Below are positions 54,215-64,000 of a DNA stretch of 64,000 nt, in pieces. Every line of letters starts with the position of its first letter. The first letter of the stretch is position 1. Under the pieces are notes generated by a model. The model was not told the origin of the DNA. It worked only from the letters and a program-made list of their open reading frames with translations, and searched no databases. The DNA comes from Paraphysomonas bandaiensis. Its lineage: Eukaryota > Protista > Chrysophyceae. The position numbers and the translations under genes are program-made. The stretch covers positions 372,001-436,000 of the forward strand of contig CBFFRP010000080.1 in the NCBI GenBank assembly GCA_965644295.1, given 5' to 3'.

Positions 54215-56864
54215 ATGTATAGTATGGTCGCTATGCGGTGCGACAATCTTTATATGTTTCTGGGCTATGTGGTGGTGTCGTCCCTCACCTGTTTCCTGCC
54301 CTACTTACTCGGGTTCGAGCCAGTGGACACAGATGTCTCTACGGTAGGTTATAACGACGCCATGAAAACTGTGATAGTTGCGCTGTCGTGCTGTTTTCCC
54401 ATAATACTGGACACGTTAATGGACTCGAAGCACCCTGATACTGTCATGCTCCCTCGCTGGACCCATCTATTGACCTTGATTATACCCAATGGAATGCTAT
54501 ATTGTCTTCCGCCGTCTCCTGTGTTGCTGGTGGGATGTTCGTTTGCACGGGAATTATTATTCCGAGGAGCGCTGATGAGCCATATGTTCAACGACCCCGA
54601 ATTTTTCACTGCACACAATCAGCGAATATTCGGTATAGTCATTGTAGTATTTTCCCTTGACCTAAATTTGAGAGCATGGTATACCACATTACACAGTGTA
54701 ATCCCTCGATACATTTTCAGGTTAGCTACTGGACTGGTGGGGTTTTCACTCCTACTGGTGCTACATGTTGTCATAAAGAAGGTAGCGTCGATGTACGAGC
54801 AATCTGAGAAGCCCTCTAAGTCAACAACGAAAGGAATGCTGGGCCATAAAAAGTACTGTCATTACTACTCTGTGCTACTTATGGTCAGCTTGGTCGCAAA
54901 AGTTGTCATACGATACGCGGTATTGCGCAATTCTTTTGCCACTATAAACGATGGATACTCACTCTACGGCCCGCAGAATTTATGTGACGTGTTTTTCAGT
55001 GTCGTGGCAGCATTGATACCTCTTCATGTACTGCGCCATGATAAAGCCATTGCTGAGGAATATTCACAGAAAGTTCATTCGGTGAAGGCAAGTTTTCTGT
55101 CATACGTGTACCGTGAAATGCGATGTGCTTTACACACGTTGCAACACATCGTCAGTCAATCTATTCATACGAATACACCAACTGATGGAGCTCCCACGGA
55201 AATGTCTTGGGATGAGTTTTATGGAATTTGTGCACTCAGTAACAGTCTTCTTGACGAAGTACTTTTACTGGACGATGTTTTTTCCGGAAGCGTAAAGTAC
55301 ACCAAAGAAACTATTAAGATCAAGGATATATTACACAGTGCTGCACAGCCACTGAAGCTGAAGGTGATGAACTGTTGTTTTGATATATATATGTATGAGG
55401 CTCTATATGTAGCCAATTGATATGTATCAATATAGTTGCATGTCACTATTGCAATACATAAACCTGATGTGTAGGCCAAACAAGCTGACGTAAAGCTTTC
55501 ACTCGACAGTACGAATATGCGACCAGCTGCAGATACGGACCAACTACTAGTACATGTCGATGTCTTTTCTCTCACAATATCGTTGAGAACGTTACTGGAA
55601 TATTCTATCGTTCACAGCTCGACTGGATGCGTTGTAAATGTGTGTCTATCACAAATGATTAAGTCAACTCATGATAGCACTTCTGGTGTCAATAAAAGCC
55701 ACTCCGATCCCGCCCCACTTAACATGGTATGCATCGATATTGTTTTCAACAGTGACAAACAGGTAAGGTTTACAGTACTTCTTGCTACGTACTGATTGTT
55801 AAGTGGACCACGATCGAATCATTTAGATGTGTGAGCCCTGTTTGTCAATTGAGGATCACATTTACGCTCTAGACAAGGATTGCACGACGGGAATTGGGCT
55901 CTCAGGTGCACACTGTCATCAAATGTGTATATGCTTATATCTTTAAAATCGTAATACAATTTAAATATTTCGGTATGTATTGGTAACGAATCGTGTTTGT
56001 AGCTGTGTCGCAGATTGTGGAGCGCCACCGAGGCATGTTTTCAGCCACTGATGTCCCCACTCCACGCTTCCAGGTTCTGTTGCCATGTACTGGTGCTGTA
56101 CTGTCAAACCATTTGCCTCAGTCTTCTGAGATTACTCAGGACGAGGATGTTCGTCGAAATACCGGTCGTATCGCCGCTCAGATTGGGAACCTGGCCGAGG
56201 CCGACAGTGTCAATCTCGAGCCTTCTACTGTTGCCCTTTCCGCTGTGAATTTTCCGTGTGTTATGATTGTGTCACCCGAAAATAGTCCTGACGCATCTGT
56301 TATTCGAGAAACTTTGTGCGGCTATGTCGATGTCATCAAACAAGTTCATTCTGAGTCTCAGATAATTGAGTACATCAATAACCACTGCACTTGGAGCAAA
56401 AGGATTTCCATTATATTTCTTATCCGTAGCGTGTCTAATAAAAAGCCTCATGTTTTAGCCTTGAAATGGCGTAAAATGGGATATGATGGCGTGATTGTGT
56501 TAATATCAGATTTAAATTATCCTGACTCCAATGAACGTTTTTTGGCTTATGGAGGGGATGCTGTATTACTCTGTCCTATCACTGGGGATCGATTAGTTCG
56601 GAGAGTGGATGTTGAGGAAGTTCTTTTAGGTATGTAGTGATAGGCTTAATATACTCGTTGCTCATAGTTTTTGTGATATGGACGAATGTGTCATCCATAT
56701 TTACACTTTTAGTAATTGCTATTTATGTAGATGCCTATAGCTTGACTACACTATCAAATTCGCCCCTCCCAGTCAAGTGGAAGAAATGTAGCGTTCAAGC
56801 GAATGAATCAGCTACCATTAACAGAAGTGTCATTGTCCCTGACACCTGTGAAACTGGAGTTTAG
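54215..56864 (+). CDS. Multi-pass membrane hybrid histidine-kinase-like protein (TM sensor, HisKA, HATPase, receiver) with degenerate catalytic motifs
   Basis: About 7 hydrophobic segments; KASFLSYVYREMRCALHTL (H-box region); LLDEVLLLD; HVDVFSLTISLRTLLEYS (N-box region); IVERHRG; receiver-like WRKMGYDGVIVLIS...FLAYGGDAVLLCPI. A phase-compatible final intron (56630-56730) extends the protein to 56864. Confidence 0.75.
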
Positions 56865-57974
56865 CTGTTACCAGTTTTATTCTTATGCAGATTCTTTGTT
56901 CAGTCCGAAAGAACCTCTGGATATATATGAGGCCTTAATTGTGCACGGCACGTAGACTGATTGTCATTCACAATCTGCTGACGATTTATAGCATGTGGTT
57001 CAGTGTGTATCGCTGCCCATTTAAGTGTTTATCCACTACATCTTTAATATATTTGCGTACTGCCGTTAGTGTGACGTGTTGGTGCAATTTTTATATCTAT
57101 TATCTGTTCTGGATTATTGTGTTGCGTGTTTTGTCATTACGAACTGCAGAACTGGTAGCTAGTGCAGTTCATACGTGTTGAACGTCCCCGCTTAGGGACA
57201 TTCAACACAATTGAAAAAGTCGAATCATTGATTCCCGACTAATATATAACTATATCATTGATTCCCGACTTATATATTAAATCATTGACAGGATTTTCAT
57301 ATTATACTATAACAAGGGTTTATTATGCTGCTTTAGTTTCCCCTTTATCACATTGCTCGGTGAGCATGAGGTTATAACTAATTATAAATTTCAATTTATT
57401 TCTTTACTTCTAAAATTCTCGAAATGCGTTATGTTTATAATTACACTGTAAATGACTATCACATGTATTATTAATTTACGCTTTTAGTTAGTGCAATATT
57501 GACTGATTGATATTATAGGAGATATAGCAAGTTTTATGATGTTGTAGCACTGTGAGTTAGGAACCACGTCATTCACCAACATCTACATTCTGTTCTACAA
57601 ATCATATCTTTAACAGCTACTATATTTTCAGTTTCTTTGTATACTTGTAATAGCTACTCCTATACTGTAGTCATGTATATTCTGTATTTCATTGCTACAT
57701 AGAATACAGGATAACTACTAGCGATTGGCTTTACCAAACTTCAAGTACGCACGTAGGAGTTGGTTGTAGTTCAATACGTATCAATAAAATCACGCAAAGC
57801 CTAGATCTCAAGAAGTACCTCGAGTTGCCATTGAGTAAGAGCAAGTTAGAAAATAAAACATAGCCTCACGAATTGGGATTTGAATTAATATGTAACTGCA
57901 ATAAATATTATATATGTAATAGTAATATAGTAACTGGCATATTGTATGCCGAACATCCCAACACTATGTTATAC

Positions 57975-60299
57975 CAGGGCCAGTTCCCGCGTTCCCGGTA
58001 ATTATAACGGCCATTAATATCAAATTAGATAATACTGCTCGTAATGGATCTTCTTTATGAGCAGTCATAAAGAAGCATTTTGTGATGCTTCTTTAATTAC
58101 AAATTTAGTGTATTAACAGACTACAAATCGTAAGTACTTCTCGCTCTCCACTGGCACATCAGGATCTTCGTGCAGGGCTTCTTGCATCAGCATTCCACAA
58201 CATGTAATTGGCTCGTAGGAATAGCAAAGATTCTAGGCGATATGGATTCATGTTTCTACGCTCAGGTATCATAATCAACATTGCACGACTACAGACCCTC
58301 GATACGAAGCAAGCAGCGGTGGCAGGACTCATAGGTACCAAGACGAGCTCTCTTGGTGACCTCGGCGCTGTCCAGAACACCCTGTGCAAAATCAGTTCCT
58401 GCACTTTTGTCGTATATGAGAGCAAACTGGAATTCTTACAATTCTTTAGATCTTTCATCAAGGAATGCCGGTTTACTCGCACAGGAAACAAACATAAAAC
58501 CCGAACGAAGAAAAAGATAACGACTTCACTCGGAAGACGACTCTGTAAATTAAACTGCCATCAAATTTGTTTTGGCCATCATATATGATGGTATAATTAC
58601 AAAATATAATTATTTTGCTAAGTTGTGTACTGGCTTCTTTCAACTTTTTGGAGAAAAGAATATTTTTATGAATGTTTTTTAGAGGTTACATGTGCATATT
58701 TTTAATGCTTTTGTAGAGTTTTTGAGTATGAGGACGTGGTTATATGTTGTTGATCAGGAATCTATATTCTACTTTTTATACCATTAAGTTTGCCGCTGAA
58801 AATGAATATATAGTTGCCATATTATATATTATATACATAATAATTAAAGTCTTATTATCAGCAGTAGGCATTAAGAACCAACACCAGATCGACCTCTATC
58901 AGTAACTAACTAGCACAAATGCTCATATCATACTATTTAACGCTTCAGAAGCTGCTTGTGTGTCGCCGCAAGCACCAAGGTGCAACCACTTCCGTTCTTG
59001 TGTGTGAGGGAGAAGCTCTCTGCGAACGTCAGTCCAGGAGGACGCCCCTTGGAATAGGGCTCCTCAGGATCAGTAAGTCAAGTGTTCTTAACCAAAGATA
59101 CATGGGCGAGGGGATATGGTGGGGCTCCTGCGTGTCTTTGGATGGATTTAGCTGTAAGTTGGGCCTGGAGTAGAGGAGTAGCTGACGGAGTCGGCATCGC
59201 GGCAACTCTGCTGAGGCGGGGGTAGTGAAAGAGGAAGACGACCGGAGGGGCACTATAGGTTCCCGCTCTACACGTAGTAAGCGTAGAATCTGTGGCTTCC
59301 GCTGAGTGCTGCTTGTTTTAAATCGTGTATTGCTATATTTAGGGTGCGAGCTGGGGGAAAACTACCGACTCCACCTTGCGATGCTGCTTATGCTGCTTCG
59401 TGTGTGTCCAAGTCGCTGACGCTGTCTAGAGGGGAGTCGTTGTGGCCCCTTCGGGTTGACAGCATAACGCTCACTACGATCTTAAAACATTAGTTTGGCT
59501 GCTGCATAGAGCGGTTGAAGGAGGGTAACAACTGCTGTTTCAATGACACGTAGTCCACGCGTATTGAGGGAGAAATTGCACTGTGTTCCGAAAACGCATT
59601 CCATTTGAGCTTCAGTGAGTTTGGACTCGATTTGAACAGAGCCAGATGCTCTGATTGTGACTTTCGGCTTTACTCTCTCAATCACATGTGTCTTGATTTC
59701 CCAAACGTCACCTCTCAGATACGAGAATCCGCCTTCCAGAGACACAAGGAGTGTCTGCGAAAACTCCTAATTGATCCGACCCTCCCATCTTGGATTTCGG
59801 CCATTCTCGAAGAGCCTAGAGTACCTCACTTCTTCCGATTGAATGATTCTGGACAGGAACTTGTTTTAGCCCTATTCCTGCCATTGCTGTAGGATTAGTC
59901 CCATGTCAGGGCTGTGTTGAGTATGCGTTGTCTCAGTTGTATACTGTCCTTGACCTTGTATCTGCCACAGCCAGCGAGGGCCAGTTCTTGCGTAAGTAGG
60001 GCGCCACTATCCTTCCAGTATCCAGGAGCACGATCTAGATTATTACCGTAGAGTTGGCCACGGAGCGCAGTATAATTCTCTAAAGTCCACACAGTAGCTG
60101 TAGATTTGCATGAACATTGTTTAACATTGTTTATATTTCACTTAGTTCTATATATAGCATATATCAAGTACCAGTACATTCTATTAATTTGATGTTATTA
60201 ATGGTAATCCAGTTCCCGGCAATTATAATGGCATTAATGAAAAATGTCCCGGCAATTATAATGGCATTTCTATTAACGAATACCAGTTACCAGGCCCTG
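57975..60299 (-). mobile_element. Degraded hAT element (family B) with a nested LINE fragment
   Basis: TIR CAGGGCC ... GGCCCTG; TSD TGTTATAC/TTTTATAC (7/8). Subterminal motif CCCGG(C/T)AATTATAA(T/C)GGC once on the left and twice on the right. Minus-strand remnant SRVCSRAMLIMIPERRNMNPYRLESLLFLRANYMLW. Confidence 0.8.
58848..60100 (-). mobile_element. 5'-truncated LINE-like fragment, copy 5 (longest, about 1.25 kb)
   Basis: Core at 58946-58994. Degraded ORF includes LLQPLYAAAKLMF*DRS, homologous to copy 1. GC-richer than the host element. Boundaries approximate. Confidence 0.65.
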
Positions 60300-60584
60300 T
60301 TTTATACTGCATTACATATTATGTGTACAGTTGTATAAGGTATCGAGTATTAATCTATCAACTTCAAGAACTACAGTGTGCGCAAGAAGCTAGAGTTGCA
60401 AATTATTTACATTTCATTCTATCAGGTAGTTATGCAGTCATGTAGGCGAAGTGAGAACAGCATTTGTTGTTGTCATATTTTAACTCAACCGCATATATTT
60501 CAAATAAAAGGATAACTATAACCATATATACACAACTATGACAGCTATTATAGAGTGATAACGATGTATACTCAGAGCTGGGGA

Positions 60585-61049
60585 CTAAATATCACAAGCG
60601 TTCATGCCAGACTCACGAATTTCCACAACGAGTTGAGTGTTTCTTTCCCACTCCGCCGGTTCAATAACCCTCTTATAAAATTCTTGCATACTCTGTTTGT
60701 TTTTAAATACTTTTTGGCCACGGAAATTTATAACTCTAACAGGAGGGGGAAATAATCTTCGAATAAACTCCTTGTGCAGCCTCTGCTGAGATGCTTCACG
60801 CTCCTCCTCCACCATACCGTGCTCTACTTGCATTTGCATCGCTTCCTGCTTCGCCTGCCGTTTCGCCATCTCCTTAACCTCCCTGTCTCTGCTAATATTG
60901 GCCTGTAAGCGTTTATCTGCATCAGACTTCACTCCAACCTCTTGTGCAGCCTTCATTCTATTATTCCGCTGCCTGAGAGTGCTCGCTCGGCCTTTGGTGT
61001 TCACACCATTCTTAGGACGTGTGTCTGCTCGTTGATATTTCTTGGGCAT
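60585..61049 (-). CDS. Hypothetical basic, coiled-coil-like protein, 154 aa
   Basis: Clean ATG-initiated ORF with K/R/E/Q-rich helical composition; no recognised family. Confidence 0.6.
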   Translation of the reverse strand: MPKKYQRADTRPKNGVNTKGRASTLRQRNNRMKAAQEVGVKSDADKRLQANISRDREVKEMAKRQAKQEAMQMQVEHGMVEEEREASQQRLHKEFIRRLFPPPVRVINFRGQKVFKNKQSMQEFYKRVIEPAEWERNTQLVVEIRESGMNACDI

Positions 61050-61995
61050 GTTAGTTTATATATATATCACTGCCAGTGCTGGTCCCTGAGCAGTGCTGAC
61101 TGTGCTGTGCTGTGAAAACAACGCACTGACTGCGTGCGGTGGTATAGTGTACTCATCCACCAGTACACCAGTACACTGGTACACTCCATACACGAAGGAC
61201 AGCAGCAGTATTACGGTACTACATTAGCGTATACCGTTATGGAGAATGGTGCGGAGGGTGTGTGTCCATCAGTGTCCAAGCAACTGACGTGCAGTCAGAC
61301 AATGCCTCACAGTGTTAACTAGTTCCCGGGTGTAATTTATCTGGATGATGGAGTTAAGAAGCGCTTTCTAATATCGAGGATGCTACCATTCTAGTGAAGG
61401 GTTCAGCTCTCATATCATGATTCGTTACATAACGTCTATATCTTGTTGATGTTTATACACAGTTAGGTCCAATCAAGTGTTGAATCACCTCATAGAATAT
61501 GTTCCTATCGAATCACTATGAATTCACTCCTTTGAACGTCAACAACATTTTACTATATAATATCAATTCTGCTAAAATGATACTGGCTGGAAGCTGCTGC
61601 TTGTAATTCTGGGATATAGTGTTCTACAGGAAGAACAACGGATAGTATTTAAACGAAAGACAAAAACTCTATGTGACTAGCGAACACGAGACTTCACTGA
61701 TAAAATCTTTTCATTACAATTTTGACGGTATTGATAACAGATGTAGAATATTTCTACAACATAGCACTTCTCATTTCTACAACAAATCTGCGGTTAGTTT
61801 TCTAACGTCTTAGAATACTTTTGTGTAATCTAACTCACGTCTTTGCAGCAAATAAAAGTGAAACAAAATGTATGCACATTACACACTTGTTTAAATTAAG
61901 TTTGATCGGTCAACGAAATAAATACTCGCGGAATATAAAGGTTTTGCGGTTACCTACTGATCACATAACACGATCTAACGGTGAACATATATATA

Positions 61996-63177
61996 CTACG
62001 TTCTGGTGTAAATAGTCACCTCATCATCATCATATGCCACCACACCAATCTGGTCGTCATTTATAAAAGCTACGCCAGTGAGCTTTTTGTTTTCAACGGT
62101 GCAAGTAGAAAGTAGATCCATCTCCGCCGAAGCATAAGATGTAAAATCGGGCAGTGTCCATACGTGCATGTGCTGGTCTTCGCTCACAGACACAGCCATA
62201 TAAAGTGTAGGGTGAATACAGAGGCCAGTGATAGTCCTGGCGTGAGCAGTTACTTCAGCAGCTATCTCTTTCAGTGCTGTTCGATATAACCGAATATGAC
62301 CGGTACTATATGCGGCAATTACCAAGTCCGCCTTTACGCACAAAGATGTACAAGGGAAACCACTACCCATAAATTTCCAAGTACACTCGAATCCAGCACT
62401 TGTGTCAAAGATGTACACATCACCGTCATCATTACCCGCGGCCAGAACAGAGGAAGACGATGCCAGCGTAGATATGGGACAATCACGCTTAGTTTCCAGG
62501 TTATCAAAAAATGAAATGCCTTCGCCACCACGAGCAGGAACATTAATAACTACTACGCTGCCTGAGGACGTTCCAGTGCAAATGTATCCACTACCGGTTC
62601 CTGTAATTCCACGACAGAAATGACCTAAAAATATTGAAATAAGGCAAAGAAGAAAAGATGTTTAGACAGGAAATAACACAAAAACTATGTCGCGCGAAAA
62701 GCAACTTGAGCACCTCGTCATTTACCTTGTGCTTCTCCACATGTCATTGTGTTGAGTGGAAGGAAAGATTTTAGCTCCATACCATCAACTGACCATATCT
62801 GAGTTCCTTCTGAGCTTGTTATGACAAGAAACAGAGTTGATGTGACGTTAACCAGAGCTGCTTGATGTACAGTGCATTTTGTTGATATTGGCATTTTTCG
62901 CGTCTCGCCAGAGCTAACAGAGAGCAGCACAACTTCATTGTGACGCGCATAACACTGCAAAGAAAGAAGTCAGCATTGATATATACCAGAGCATTTAGAA
63001 TAGAGTCACATGAATATATATATCAATATATTTAGCATTTAGCGAGACAATATATCGGATATGAAAGCATAGTCATGAGGTGCAACTTACCGCATAATCA
63101 GAGCAACAGGAGAAGTTATTGGGTTGAAAAGAAACCGAGCCCGAAAGAGGAATCTGACGATCTTTAGAGAACGACAT
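61996..63177 (-). CDS. WDR54: WD40-repeat protein WDR54-like (3 exons)
   Basis: MSFSKDRQIPLSGSVSFQPNNFS parallels the WDR54 N-terminus (RSIPLRGSAAALCNNLS); FLVITSSEGTQIW; ICTGTSSG; IAAYSTGHIRLY; EVTAHARTITGL; SVSEDQHMHVW. Confidence 0.8.
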
Positions 63178-63562
63178 AGAAGCCAATATTAGTGATTGAT
63201 GTGATCACAATGGCTTCTCAACCCACTTATGTCGGAGTAGTTATTGATATTCCAGGTTCAGTGCTATCATATATGGATATGAGCATCTGCTCTGGATAGA
63301 TACTTGCAGTCAGTAACTGCTCCACATCGTATTACTACAATATACGGTACGTATTCCCACACAGTCGTATACAATGCTGTATAAATGTATTTCTCTGTAT
63401 GCCATATCGCCAGCCTGCACATACAGAACCAGCCACTTGTTTCGACACAGCGTCCTGTCGAAGTCGAAGTGAAGTGGAAGTGAGATAGAAGAGAGTACTT
63501 GAATTACGAGTAACTTACAGAGAGCTCTGCGCATCAGCTCACAGTCATAACCCACAAACAAC

Positions 63563-64000
63563 ATGTCGGCTGCTGATAATACGACTGTCCCCATAGATGA
63601 GGCCACAGTGGCTTATTTGGTGGACAACCAAATCATCAGTGTCAATGATGCGATATCTGTTCTGTCCTCTCAATCGAGCAGCTCAATAACGCCTATAACT
63701 CGTGAGGTACCGGACGGCAGCCGTATATACAAACGAAGCATTGTTTTTCTTCTAGGCGCTGCTGTAAAGCACTTGAATCTCGGCCCATTGTCTGTCGAGG
63801 AATGCGTTGGCTCCAGTTTTGTATTTCATTTACCGAAAGCATCCCTATCGGCTGAAACCACTTCTAACATCCAACAAGAAATGCGCCAACTAATTGCCAA
63901 AAAGCTTCCTATTCAGCCTCAAACTGTTCCTCGTTTGGTGGCTATTAAGTACTTCACCGAACTCGAAGCCAGTCGCACTGCTGATTTGATTAAATTCTCC
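63563..64000 (+). CDS. Partial ORF: ThrRS-N-terminal-like domain of the type fused to uridine/nucleoside kinase
   Basis: Manual translation: MSAADNTT...VAYLVDNQIISVND...DGSRIYKRSIVFLLGAAVKHL...IQQEMRQLIAKKLPI...AIKYF; open to the window end. The G.R.Y.RS..FLL motif is typical of the bacterial ThrRS-N/uridine kinase fusion family. The kinase domain is outside the window. Confidence 0.6.
   Translation, partial: MSAADNTTVPIDEATVAYLVDNQIISVNDAISVLSSQSSSSITPITREVPDGSRIYKRSIVFLLGAAVKHLNLGPLSVEECVGSSFVFHLPKASLSAETTSNIQQEMRQLIAKKLPIQPQTVPRLVAIKYFTELEASRTADLIKFS

Overview
Eukaryotic nuclear DNA with short GT-AG introns, most likely from a flagellated stramenopile protist (chrysophyte-like; this is inference). 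It holds about 15 protein-coding genes: a giant IQ/WW/Tudor/SAM-like/B-box scaffold that runs off the left edge, GFAT/GlmS with a 65-aa presequence, a secreted Cys-rich poly-Asp protein, clathrin heavy chain, an EF-hand-like protein, nicolin-1, a GFA(Mss4-like)-PYROXD2 fusion, a two-CDGSH CISD3-like protein, arylamine N-acetyltransferase, an SLC35F6-like transporter, proteasome RPN1, a catalytically dead membrane hybrid histidine kinase, a small basic ORF, WDR54, and a partial ThrRS-N-domain/uridine-kinase-type ORF. Non-genic structure: (i) a 9.8-kb head-to-tail array of 21 near-identical 466/467-bp units (four are 422/423 bp), each with a GC-rich C(UUCG)G-capped hairpin inside a segment bounded by an 8-bp inverted repeat; (ii) three hAT-type elements with recognisable TIRs and 8-bp TSDs, all part of nested insertions; (iii) five 3'-end copies of a LINE-like family whose 49-nt core shows pairing-preserving substitutions; (iv) two very long (TACA)n tracts, each filling a bidirectional promoter. 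Best candidates for new biology: a presequence-dependent, possibly mitochondrial IMS-targeted GFAT (cleavage at SEN|C would free the catalytic Cys1), the structured 467-bp array, the GFA-PYROXD2 fusion, and the pseudo-histidine-kinase receptor. All family calls are by motif recognition only; no database searches were run.
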